Source of the DNA: Chloroflexota bacterium
GTDB lineage: Bacteria; Chloroflexota; Dehalococcoidia; Lucifugimonadales; VXLM01
Direction of reading: 5' to 3'
Length of the DNA stretch: 47,476 nucleotides
Assembly: GCA_026713145.1 (NCBI GenBank)
Contig: JAPOPA010000248.1
Span: 1-47,476, forward strand
This document shows, piece after piece, positions 19,521-28,434 of this stretch. Every line of letters begins with the position of its first letter. Position 1 is the first letter of the stretch. A program made the position numbers and the translations under genes. The notes under the pieces are model-generated. The model was not told where the DNA came from, searched no databases, and saw only the letters and a program-made list of their open reading frames with translations.

Positions 19521-19625
19521 TCTTCGGCTACTGCCAGGGCCGAGTGCCGACAGTCAACGGCCTGCCGCTTTCATTGCTCGTTGTACAGGCGCGAGGCTGC
19601 ATGAGTCACTCCGGTCTGGGAAAGT

Positions 19626-19649
19626 CACCCCGTATCCTGATACGGGGCC
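19626..19649. repeat. CCCCGTATC..GATACGGGG palindrome (other copies at 25351-25374 and 146-162)
   Basis: CACCCCGTATCCTGATACGGGGCC versus CACCCCGTATCTCGATACGGGGCC (22/24 identical). Related CCCGTACTCGATACGGG at 146. Confidence 0.8.
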
Positions 19650-19710
19650 GGAATCCCCGGAGCCCGGCGAGAGAAAACAGGTCGGCATTTCGCAAGACTA
19701 GTAGCAGATC

Positions 19711-20775
19711 ATGATCTACTCGCTAAGGCGACTGATTCGCAAGATGAGACGGCAACGCGAGCTCGGCGCTCTGTTCCTTCTGTTCGCCCTCGCCGTCAGC
19801 ATTGTTGGCAACACGCTGAACTTCTACTTCTTCGAGCGGGCTATCCCGGAGCCGCCGAGCATCTGGGACAGTCTCTGGTACAGCGTGATTTCAATCACGA
19901 CCATAGGTTATGGCGACTTTTCCTCCACAACCCTTGGGTCGCGCATTGGAACGACGGTCTTCATCGTGGTCATCGGCTTGGCTGCGTTCACCACGTCAGT
20001 GGGACTGCTGGTCGACTGGATCGCGGAACTCCGAGATAGAGAGAGGTCAGGTATGGGCAAGTCCAACGCGAGAGACCACTTGATAATCGTCAACTTCCCC
20101 GGCGAGACCAGGGTGCGCCAGGTCATCAACGAGTTCCTGACCGACTCCCAGCACCAAGACCGGGATATCGTTATCGTGGCCGATGGTATTGAGCACCTCC
20201 CGTTCGCTCAAGGCAACGTCTCGTTTGTTCGCGGGTCCCCCTTGGAGGAGGAGACATTCAGGCGCGCTGGTATCGAGAATGCCGCACAGGCCATCATCCT
20301 CAGCACCGGCTACGACGACCCGCGCTCCGACAGCTTCGTCGCTTCCGTTGCCTTCGTTGTAGAAAACATGAACCCACACATCAACATAGTCGCAGAGTGT
20401 CTCGATTCAAAACACGCTGCCCTGTTCAGTCAGTCCGACCAGGTGTCCCTCGTGTACGCGCTCAGCCTGGTGACGAACCTCCTCGTGCAGGAGGCGCAGG
20501 ACCCCGGCGTGGCGCTCGTAACACAGGCCATTACTAGCAACGAGGTCGAAGGCAACTTGTCGACGACGACGGTGGACGGCGACATCGGCCCCAATGGCTC
20601 CTACGACTTCATCGCATCCAGGCTGCTCAACCATGGCGTGAACTTGGTAGGAATCGTCCGCGGCGGCGGGGTGATCCTGACCTTCCACGATGTCGCCTGC
20701 GTTGACGGGGACACCCTCGTCTACATCGACTCCGACCGCCGGACTTGGCACGAGTTCCGGGAGATGCTCACGTGA
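19711..20775 (+). CDS. Two-TM potassium channel with RCK/TrkA-N domain
   Basis: Pore WYSVISITTIGYGD between two TM helices. C-terminal Rossmann-like domain (FVRGSP...RAGIENA..AIIL). Confidence 0.92.
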   Translation: MIYSLRRLIRKMRRQRELGALFLLFALAVSIVGNTLNFYFFERAIPEPPSIWDSLWYSVISITTIGYGDFSSTTLGSRIGTTVFIVVIGLAAFTTSVGLLVDWIAELRDRERSGMGKSNARDHLIIVNFPGETRVRQVINEFLTDSQHQDRDIVIVADGIEHLPFAQGNVSFVRGSPLEEETFRRAGIENAAQAIILSTGYDDPRSDSFVASVAFVVENMNPHINIVAECLDSKHAALFSQSDQVSLVYALSLVTNLLVQEAQDPGVALVTQAITSNEVEGNLSTTTVDGDIGPNGSYDFIASRLLNHGVNLVGIVRGGGVILTFHDVACVDGDTLVYIDSDRRTWHEFREMLT

Positions 20776-21407
20776 CCACGGCCGCGGCCCGCGACACTCG
20801 CGTGCCGGACGGCGCCAATGAGTCCGTTCGCCGGATTCACGCGCTCTTCGTCGAAACTCTTGGCAAAGACGCCGTGGAAGGCCTCGACTCGTTTCGCCAG
20901 ACGGTCTCGCCGCACACCGACGCGCAGGTTGCTCCCAAGCTGGTGGTGACGCACGAGTACGATCACTTGGCCGGTGCAATGCTCGGAGTCTACCTTCGCA
21001 GACTAAACGGAAGCATAATCCTCTACGCCGGGGTCAAGGAGACCTTCCGAAGGAGAGGCCTCTACACGGCAATGAGGGACGTCCTGCTAAATGACCTTGC
21101 TGCGGAGTCCCCAACAGGCCCCGGATTCCTACTCAGCGAAGTTGAGGACGGATCATGGCTGCACCGAAAATACCTCGACGAATGGGGAGCATTCACAGCG
21201 CCGATGGACTACGTTCAGCCTGCCGTGCAGGGCCTTTCTAGACGGCTACTGAACCTCGTAGTCAAACCCCAGTCGGCGAGCAGGGACGATATCACCGAGG
21301 CCCTGCCAACAATAGTCCGCGAAGTGTATGTCTCCGTCTACCGCATCTCCGAACCGGAGGACGACCCCGACTTCCGCCACATCATAGACTCAATCGGGAC
21401 GCCTTGA
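20772..21407 (+). CDS. GNAT-like hypothetical protein
   Basis: YAGVKETFRRRGLY resembles acetyl-CoA-binding motif A, followed by LLSEVE and YVQP. GTGA overlap with the channel gene. Confidence 0.6.
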   Translation: MTTAAARDTRVPDGANESVRRIHALFVETLGKDAVEGLDSFRQTVSPHTDAQVAPKLVVTHEYDHLAGAMLGVYLRRLNGSIILYAGVKETFRRRGLYTAMRDVLLNDLAAESPTGPGFLLSEVEDGSWLHRKYLDEWGAFTAPMDYVQPAVQGLSRRLLNLVVKPQSASRDDITEALPTIVREVYVSVYRISEPEDDPDFRHIIDSIGTP

Positions 21408-24400
21408 AGACCGAGGAGTCGCCCGCCGTGACCGACCCTCCCGCTGCCAACACCCCTTCCTCCGATCGCTCGCCGCAGACGTTCGTCTCATCCGTCCGAG
21501 ACATAGACCTGTCCCAGGCATCGGATGCGGAGCTTCGCCCTCGCGCCGTCCAACTGGGACATGGCCCACTTGACGAAGATGCCTTGGCCGAGTGCTTCGC
21601 CATTATCGACGAGACCATCAAGCGGCGAATCGGCGCATGGCAGCTTTTCGATTCCGAGTTCGACCATACCGACGCCGCCCACTGCCGAGAGACAAACGAC
21701 GACCCACATGCGACGGACAAACTCATCGCCGACATGTTGGCTTACGTGGCCGAAGAGAGTGCCTCGCAATACTACTCCTCCATTGACCTTCCGTCGGAGT
21801 TCTACAACGCGATCAAGGACTCCCTCTTTGCCGATGCTCTCCGCTTCGAGCCGACGGACGAGCAGATCGAGGCGGGCCGGCTGATGCTCGACCGTACCGT
21901 CGTCGAAATGGACGCCGGAGAGGGCAAGACCGTCGCTGCCGCCTTCCCCGCCATCACACGGGCATTGTCTGGGCGCAAAGTGCATGTCATTACAGCCAAC
22001 GACTACCTCGCCCTGCGCGATGCCGAGCTCTTGGCCCCCGCGTATGAATTCCTGGGCCTGACGGTCGGCGTCGTGCTCAGTCACATGGGCGACGCCGAAC
22101 GCCGCATCGCCTACCGCAATGGCATTGTGTACGGCACCCTTCGTGAGATCGGCTTCGACTACCTGCGCGACAACCTTCGCCACTCGCGGGTCGATATGGT
22201 CCAGGGCGGTCTTGAGGTTGCCATCGTGGACGAGGCCGACCACGCACTCGTAGATGACGGTCGCACGCCGCTCATAATCTCAGGCAAGCCGGGCGGGAGC
22301 GTACGTTCAGTCTTTCGCGTGAAGTCTGCGGTCGGAGGGCTGATCCAAGAACAGAAGAATCTCACGGCGTCGCTCGTTGACGAAATCTCGCAGGTGAAGG
22401 GCACGCCGGGCGTCGAGCGGTACGCCAAGCTCTACCTCGCCGACCCACGAAACCCCGCAATTGTCTCCGCCTCCGCGCGGGACTCACGACTCCTCAGCAG
22501 GATGAGAGCCGTCATCGACACATACTCCGAGGAAGGCATCGAAAACAAGCTCACCGAGGGACTGTTCTTTACGACCGACCTCCGTCGCGGCCTTGTCGCG
22601 CTCACCGCGCATGGGATCGCACACATAGAAGACCGCCTGGGACCCGTCTTCGACGCTGCCGATCTCCTCGCCGAGCTTGAGGCTATCGAAGCTGACCGTG
22701 ACGTGCCTCTGGTGGAAAGACGAAGACGCAACGAAGCCGTGTCCCGCCGAATCTCTCGGCAGTACGGAGTCGCCAACCAGGTGCACCAGATGCTCCGAGC
22801 CTATCAGCTTCTCACACGCGACGAGGACTACATCGTCGCTGACGGTCGAGTCGTTCTTGTCGACGACCTGACCGGCCGCCGCAAGACGGACAGCAAGTAC
22901 CAGTACGGCCTGCAGGCCGCGCTTGAAGCAAAGGAGGGCGTGCGTGTGCGTCCCGATCCTCGAACGCAGGCGTATCTGACGGTCGAAGGACTCGTCCGGC
23001 AGTACGACCACATCTCAGGAATGACTGGTACGGCGCTGGAGGCCCATAGGACGTTCCGCAGGGCATTCGGCCTCGACGTTGCAAGAGTTGAACCCGCCAG
23101 TCCCTCTCGCAGGGTCGACAGGCCGCCGCGTGTATTTGCTGCTCGGAGCGAGAAGCTCGGCGCCATAGTCGACGAAGTGACCTACTGGAACAGCATGGGC
23201 CGTCCCGTGCTGATCGGAACCCGAACGGTCGAACAGTCGGACGAGATCAGCCGGCTCCTAACCGAAGCGCAGGTCGCTCACAACAGGCTCGACGCCGTGC
23301 GCAATGGCGACGAGGCGCGAACAGTCCGCGAGGCAGGTTCCTTCGGCGCGGTCACTGTCGCCACCAACATGGCCGGTCGAGGCACCGACATTCTGCTGGA
23401 CGACGATCTCGACCGCCGGGTGACCGATCGCTTCGTACGTATGCTCGCAGAACGACGATTGACGGAGCGACGCCCCATTCGCGTGGACTGCGGTCACGGC
23501 GATGTTGCCGACACACTTGCCGCGCGAACCGAGAGCCTCGGTCTCCCCTTTCACGTCGCGGAGACCGCCCTCTTGATCGAGGGAGCCGGAGACGAGACCT
23601 CGATGGAGTTCGGACTCGGCCTCCACGTAATCGGAACCGAGATGAACGAAGCCGCCCGCGTCGACCGACAGCTACGAGGTCGGAGCGGGAGACAGGGACA
23701 GCACGGCTCCTCGCTGTTCATCCTGTCGCTGGAAGACCGTCCCTTCGTCACCGCAAGCCGCCGACTGGCTCAACCGGACGCTGAGAACGCGGGAAGACTG
23801 ATCGAGCAGATACAGTCGTCCATCGAGAGGGACGCCGAGGCGCTCCGCATCGTCTCGTACGACCTCGCCCGGATTATCGAGCGGCAGACACTGAACTACT
23901 ACGCAGCGCGCAACGCCGTGCTCGATGACCGGTCGTTCGACGAATCTTGCCGGAATATGACGCGTGACGTCATCCGCCGCCTACTGGAACGCCTGCTTCC
24001 GGCCACCGCAACGGGAGACTACTCTTCGCGATTCGACGACCTGGCCGATACCGTTCGCCTCGACTTCGGCATCGACATAGAGGACCTGGACGGTCTGGAC
24101 CCCGAGTCCCTTCTTGAAGAGATATTCGAGGCCGTAATCACACAGTTCGGTGATGCGGGGGCTAATCTAGGTCCGCGAAAATACACTCGGCTGACGAAAG
24201 CTTTGGCACTACAGGTGAGCGACGGACTATGGTCGGAGCACCTCGACCTCGTGCAGGACCTGATCGTGAATGCTCAATTGTCCATGGCTGGGCATAACAG
24301 TGTGGTGGCCGAGCTTGTCTTTCGCGCCGAAGATGCGTACCGTAAGTTTATGGAGCAGGCGGCCGACAGCTTCATCTCTCGTTTGGCCACGTTCGAGGTC

Positions 24401-24466
24401 GACGAGGATACGGGTGATGACGATTCGATCGTGCTTGCCGATGACGTAGAGGCTATACTGGTGTAG
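21404..24466 (+). CDS. Divergent SecA-family DEAD ATPase (accessory paralog)
   Basis: Motifs EMDAGEGKT, TANDYLA.RD, GFDYLRDN, VDEAD, RTPLIISG, GMTGTA, TNMAGRGTDI, RVDRQLRGRSGRQG. No C-terminal Zn motif. TTGA overlap with the GNAT-like gene. Confidence 0.88.
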   Translation: MKTEESPAVTDPPAANTPSSDRSPQTFVSSVRDIDLSQASDAELRPRAVQLGHGPLDEDALAECFAIIDETIKRRIGAWQLFDSEFDHTDAAHCRETNDDPHATDKLIADMLAYVAEESASQYYSSIDLPSEFYNAIKDSLFADALRFEPTDEQIEAGRLMLDRTVVEMDAGEGKTVAAAFPAITRALSGRKVHVITANDYLALRDAELLAPAYEFLGLTVGVVLSHMGDAERRIAYRNGIVYGTLREIGFDYLRDNLRHSRVDMVQGGLEVAIVDEADHALVDDGRTPLIISGKPGGSVRSVFRVKSAVGGLIQEQKNLTASLVDEISQVKGTPGVERYAKLYLADPRNPAIVSASARDSRLLSRMRAVIDTYSEEGIENKLTEGLFFTTDLRRGLVALTAHGIAHIEDRLGPVFDAADLLAELEAIEADRDVPLVERRRRNEAVSRRISRQYGVANQVHQMLRAYQLLTRDEDYIVADGRVVLVDDLTGRRKTDSKYQYGLQAALEAKEGVRVRPDPRTQAYLTVEGLVRQYDHISGMTGTALEAHRTFRRAFGLDVARVEPASPSRRVDRPPRVFAARSEKLGAIVDEVTYWNSMGRPVLIGTRTVEQSDEISRLLTEAQVAHNRLDAVRNGDEARTVREAGSFGAVTVATNMAGRGTDILLDDDLDRRVTDRFVRMLAERRLTERRPIRVDCGHGDVADTLAARTESLGLPFHVAETALLIEGAGDETSMEFGLGLHVIGTEMNEAARVDRQLRGRSGRQGQHGSSLFILSLEDRPFVTASRRLAQPDAENAGRLIEQIQSSIERDAEALRIVSYDLARIIERQTLNYYAARNAVLDDRSFDESCRNMTRDVIRRLLERLLPATATGDYSSRFDDLADTVRLDFGIDIEDLDGLDPESLLEEIFEAVITQFGDAGANLGPRKYTRLTKALALQVSDGLWSEHLDLVQDLIVNAQLSMAGHNSVVAELVFRAEDAYRKFMEQAADSFISRLATFEVDEDTGDDDSIVLADDVEAILV

Positions 24467-24496
24467 CGTCCTAGCTAGCGCGCAGGAGGTGTCCAC

Positions 24497-25327
24497 ATGA
24501 CTACGCGATGGCGGAAGCTGGGTATCCGGTCGACGGCGGGGCTTGCGGTTGTGGCCGCGCCGGTGGCAGCCGCGTGCAGTTCCGGGCCCTCTTACGAGGA
24601 CTGGGCCGAAACCGACGGCGCGGCTGGGCGGATCAACCTCGACGATGTGCAGAACGCCTTCAAGGAGTCCGAGAGCGTCACTGAGTTCGAGAAGCGCGTC
24701 AACGAGATATTCGAGGGCGATGGCGTCATCCTCATCAAGGCCGAACAGACGGACACGGCGTTCGTCCTCGAAGGGTGGGAGAACCTCGACGGCAACGTAA
24801 GGATAGATGAGGGTAACGACGAAAAGCTCTTCACTATCACCCAGAAGGAAGACAAGAGCCACGAAATGCGCGGCCACCACGCCAACGGGTACTACCACTC
24901 GACGTGGGGAACGGGCAACTTCCTGTTCACCTACCTGCTTCTTTCCTCCTTTGCCGGCCCCCGATACGTATACGTTACACCGGCGTCCCGAGTTGCCCCA
25001 ATTCGCAACCAGAGGAGCGTCTACCGAAATTCAAGCGCTTACAGGAGCCAGGTGTCGAGGAACGGCTCGTTCTTCAACAACCAGAAGAGCTTTGCCGGAT
25101 CGAGCTACGACTCTGCCAACCGAAATCGCAGCGCCGCAAGGCAGTCCTACCAGTCGCGCGCGCGCTCGTCCGGGAACTTCAGGAGCAGCGGGACGGGTGT
25201 TCGCAGCAGCTGGGGAACGTCGTCCGGTCGTTCAGGCTTTTCCAGCGGACGCAGCGGCGGCTTCTTCGGCGGCGGCGGCGGCCAGACCTTCCTCGGCGCG
25301 ACCCGTCGGAGCAGTCCTTTTTCGTAA
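24497..25327 (+). CDS. Lipoprotein with Ser/Arg/Gly-rich low-complexity tail (YgiB/YjfM-like architecture)
   Basis: AGGAGG SD. Signal peptide with lipobox AAAC, an acidic globular part, a hydrophobic patch FLFTYLLLS, then an SRG-rich tail ending SGGFFGGGGG. Confidence 0.75.
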   Translation: MTTRWRKLGIRSTAGLAVVAAPVAAACSSGPSYEDWAETDGAAGRINLDDVQNAFKESESVTEFEKRVNEIFEGDGVILIKAEQTDTAFVLEGWENLDGNVRIDEGNDEKLFTITQKEDKSHEMRGHHANGYYHSTWGTGNFLFTYLLLSSFAGPRYVYVTPASRVAPIRNQRSVYRNSSAYRSQVSRNGSFFNNQKSFAGSSYDSANRNRSAARQSYQSRARSSGNFRSSGTGVRSSWGTSSGRSGFSSGRSGGFFGGGGGQTFLGATRRSSPFS

Positions 25328-25448
25328 CAGCCATATCGGCGAAGGAACGCCACCCCGTATCTCGATACGGGGCCTGTAGCCAGAGGGGTGGGGGGTTGAA
25401 TTTGAAGGAGCCGATTCCTGATTCCTTTGCCCCGTCCCCTTTGACAGG

Positions 25449-26570
25449 TTGTCCAAAGGCCTCCCGGAACGGCTGACACCGTTGCCCAACGACGCACCGA
25501 AGTACGCCAAACCGCTCGACTCGTACCCCGTTCCGTGGCGCGCTTCTTCCACTTCGGTCGGAGACTCCGATTTCATCCTTCGGATCACCCTGGGCGACAT
25601 GCCCATCGACGACGCCTTCTGGATAGCCCTGCCCGCCGATATCTCGTCTCTGTCGCTTGGGGAACTGCTCAGCCGGGTGTTTCCGACCGATCCCTCGCTC
25701 CAACGGAACTTCCTTCAACGGCTCGACGTCAAAGGGAACCCCGACCTTCCCGACATGTACGACGCACTTGTCGAAATCTTCGCCCGCGCTGAGCTAGGCC
25801 TGTGCACCGTGGAGACGTACGTCAACTTCGGGCCGAAGCTCAACGACTCAGTAATAGTAGGTCAGCACCCGACGAAGGATGACACCCCGCCCGTGCTCGA
25901 TCTCGTCCTGGAGCAGCGATTCTCAGCCATCGACTACGCCGTCCACCGCGGTGACTTCGTCGATGAAGAGGAGGCGTTGGCGTGGATGCGTTCAAGAGTG
26001 CTCCTGTACTTCCTGGACTCGCCTGACTACGCACTTCTGCCGGACCCCGTTGACAATGCGGATGCCGCCCTGCTGCCCATCGCGCAGTCACTCGTCGAGG
26101 AAGGCCTGATAGACCAACCCGCCGCGTCAGAACCATTCGAGATCACTGAGCTGGGACACGAGACGATCCAAGAAATGACGGCAGAGGTCGAAAACGTGAT
26201 CGAACGTTACGAAGTCTTCGGGGACATTCACCATGACCCTGAGTTGAGCGAGTACGGCTTCGGCACGGGCGCGGGCATCGACCTGCGCTTACCCGTATAC
26301 GAAGCCGAGGCCATAAGCCCCGTCCGAGCCGTCTTTCTCGTTGAGTTCTATGACGGCGAAATCACCCGAATGACTGACGATTGGCGCACCGCCATCCACG
26401 CCCGAGAGTTCTTTGATGCGTTGCTCCTGCCCGTAGTCGAGCGCCCGCTCATCGACCCGAACGACCTCGACGAAGTCATCGACGCCGGATTCGCGTTCAT
26501 GGAGCAACTTGCCCGCGAAACATCCTTCGCCGACGAAGACGCGCAGTTGCGCCGGACCATCGACCGATAG
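25449..26570 (+). CDS. hypothetical protein with probable central winged helix
   Basis: 373-aa ORF. SLVEEGLID...FEITELG looks like a wHTH recognition helix and wing. Start uncertain. Confidence 0.75.
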   Translation: MSKGLPERLTPLPNDAPKYAKPLDSYPVPWRASSTSVGDSDFILRITLGDMPIDDAFWIALPADISSLSLGELLSRVFPTDPSLQRNFLQRLDVKGNPDLPDMYDALVEIFARAELGLCTVETYVNFGPKLNDSVIVGQHPTKDDTPPVLDLVLEQRFSAIDYAVHRGDFVDEEEALAWMRSRVLLYFLDSPDYALLPDPVDNADAALLPIAQSLVEEGLIDQPAASEPFEITELGHETIQEMTAEVENVIERYEVFGDIHHDPELSEYGFGTGAGIDLRLPVYEAEAISPVRAVFLVEFYDGEITRMTDDWRTAIHAREFFDALLLPVVERPLIDPNDLDEVIDAGFAFMEQLARETSFADEDAQLRRTIDR

Positions 26571-26579
26571 TTCTCACAC

Positions 26580-26605
26580 CCGTTCGCCCTGAGCCGGTCG
26601 CAGGG
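26580..26605 (+). repeat. CCGTTCG.CCTGAGC.TGTCGAAGG repeat family (other copies 27623-27648, 37795-37820 and 43218-43243 inverted)
   Basis: Four intergenic, degenerate 26-nt copies found by eye. Confidence 0.75.
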
Positions 26606-26647
26606 CACACGACGAATGGAGCTTATGGCCTTCGCAGCACCCCTTTG

Positions 26648-27571
26648 CTAGATCGCGAAGAAGAGCACCAGCGACGCGCTGATCACAATCCCACCAACGA
26701 CGAACGCCACGCCGACGTTTCGATCGCGAGCCAACTCGTCCGCGACCTTGACCTTCGGGAATATTGCCTGGTCGATGATCCATCGGACAACCATGAGGAG
26801 CACGAACCCGATCACGGCGAACGTGGCGAATGAGATAAGACTCTCGCTCCACCCGACGAACTCGCCCGTTACCGCCTTGAAGATCACGATCGAGATTGCT
26901 ATCAGGTTCGCCGCCATGGCGACCCCCACGGCGACGTTGTCCTTCTCGATCTCATCGTGGATGTCGTAAGGAGTGATGACCTGGTAGAACAGCGCGTAGA
27001 GAATGAGCACGACCATGCCTAGCAGGAAGAAGGCGACCGAGCGGATGATCTCGTCCAGAATGCTCGGCGCAACCGCTCCAAGCGGAGAGACCTCGTACCC
27101 GGCCAGCGACGACGCGATCACAAGGGCCACCGCTATGTAGACCGCAAACTCTACGGCGCCGGTCCCCGCATTCTGGTCCTCGATGACCTCCTTCTCGACG
27201 TTAAACTTGAACAGCACCAGGCGGTCCACCAGGAATCGCGTCAGATTCAGCACCGCTATCGCTCCGAGTGAGTAGAGGAAGACCTCCAGCACGTCGTACC
27301 CGAAGTCGGCGTCGAACTGCCACTGGAACTCTTCGCCTGAGGCGAACGGCGTGTACAACACCGCGACGAACACGATTATCACACCGAGGAAATACCCGGT
27401 GATGCTCAGGCCGAGAGCCGTGTTGTCCTTCTCGCCGAGTTGATCGCCAACGTGGTACGGAGTGACGAGGTCGAGAATCCACTTGGCGATGTACAGGACA
27501 ACTATGCCAAGCGCAACGTACACAAGCCCGCGTGGGAAGTATTCGAGAGTCTCTATGAAGGTATCAACCAT
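26648..27571 (-). CDS. Tandem DUF350 (YjfL-like) membrane protein
   Basis: Four internal repeats: QLGEKDNTALG, EVIEDQNAGTG, EIEKDNVAVG, ELARDRNVGVA. About 8 TM segments. Confidence 0.88.
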   Translation of the reverse strand: MVDTFIETLEYFPRGLVYVALGIVVLYIAKWILDLVTPYHVGDQLGEKDNTALGLSITGYFLGVIIVFVAVLYTPFASGEEFQWQFDADFGYDVLEVFLYSLGAIAVLNLTRFLVDRLVLFKFNVEKEVIEDQNAGTGAVEFAVYIAVALVIASSLAGYEVSPLGAVAPSILDEIIRSVAFFLLGMVVLILYALFYQVITPYDIHDEIEKDNVAVGVAMAANLIAISIVIFKAVTGEFVGWSESLISFATFAVIGFVLLMVVRWIIDQAIFPKVKVADELARDRNVGVAFVVGGIVISASLVLFFAI

Positions 27572-27651
27572 GGTTCTTCTCCCTCAGAACGAATCCGACG
27601 AGGTGATTATGGCCACTATACTCCGTTCACCCTGAGCTTGTCGAAGGCCGG

Positions 27652-28224
27652 TTACTGCTTGTACACCGTAATACTGTCCGGTGCTACCACGCTGCTGAAA
27701 TAGCACTCGTACGGCCGGTCGCTGAACTTGTCGATAGACAGGATCGTGCTCTCGTCAGAGCTCATCAGGTCCCACGTATAATACCCGATCCCGTCCCCCT
27801 GCCCACCCTCGAAGAAGAAGGCCTCTCCGCTGTTGAGGTAGTAGAAGTCGCGTCCCTCATACGTGAAGTAGTTGCTCAGAGAGTGCTCCTCGTCCACCTG
27901 GGCAAGGTCCTCGCGCGTGAGGTTGAGGGCTTCAAGCGGAACCGGCTCGTTGTCGTTGGTGACCGAGGTGAAGAGCTGCCCGCCGTCGTTCGACCAGTAC
28001 ACCCACAGCTTGCGGTCGCCGTCGCCTGCCACCAACTCGTACCACGTGCTGTAGCTGGTCGCGTACCGGTGCTTGGCCTCGATGAGGTAGTACCCGCCGT
28101 CGTACTCCACATCAAACCCGATGATCGTGAACACGTCGCCCAACACCGCGTCCTTGACGCTCTCCGCGAGGGCGGTAGTACCGGTGGGCTTCTTCTTCTT
28201 GCGCCCGAACAGCGACTTGATCAC
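27652..28224 (-). CDS. DUF4178-like protein
   Basis: GTG start at 28224 with GAAGGAG SD. Motifs LGDV, W.EL, LWVYW, FTYEGRDFY...SGEA, YYTWD, LSIDKF. Adjacent to DUF350. Confidence 0.7.
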   Translation of the reverse strand: MIKSLFGRKKKKPTGTTALAESVKDAVLGDVFTIIGFDVEYDGGYYLIEAKHRYATSYSTWYELVAGDGDRKLWVYWSNDGGQLFTSVTNDNEPVPLEALNLTREDLAQVDEEHSLSNYFTYEGRDFYYLNSGEAFFFEGGQGDGIGYYTWDLMSSDESTILSIDKFSDRPYECYFSSVVAPDSITVYKQ

Positions 28225-28399
28225 GCCTGCTCCTTCATACCGGTTGCCATTGTAGATTCGGGCAATACTCAGGTCAACTGAGACATGAAGCCCTTCGCGC
28301 ACCCCTCCTCCGTCCTGGAAGAGGGTTGAGGTGAGGGTAAGAGACCCAGCGACGCTCCGTCTGCGACTCTCTAGGCGACCTCGGCGGCTAAGCGAACTG

Positions 28400-28428
28400 T
28401 TGACGCTTCCCCCGTTCCCTGCTACCTT
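28400..28428 (+). promoter_or_regulatory. sigma70 promoter predicting a leaderless mRNA
   Basis: TTGACG, 17 nt, TACCTT (extended TG). The -10 ends 6 nt before the ATG at 28435 and there is no SD. Confidence 0.6.
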
Positions 28429-28434
28429 CGCCCA

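Noticed and set aside
21404-24466. Calling this gene housekeeping secA
   Set aside because: Several motif deviations, no Zn tail and an accessory context, so the symbol is withheld pending phylogeny.
26580-27648. Similar 26-nt repeats as a possible CRISPR array
   Set aside because: Copies are kilobases apart, degenerate and in both orientations, with no spacer periodicity and no cas genes.
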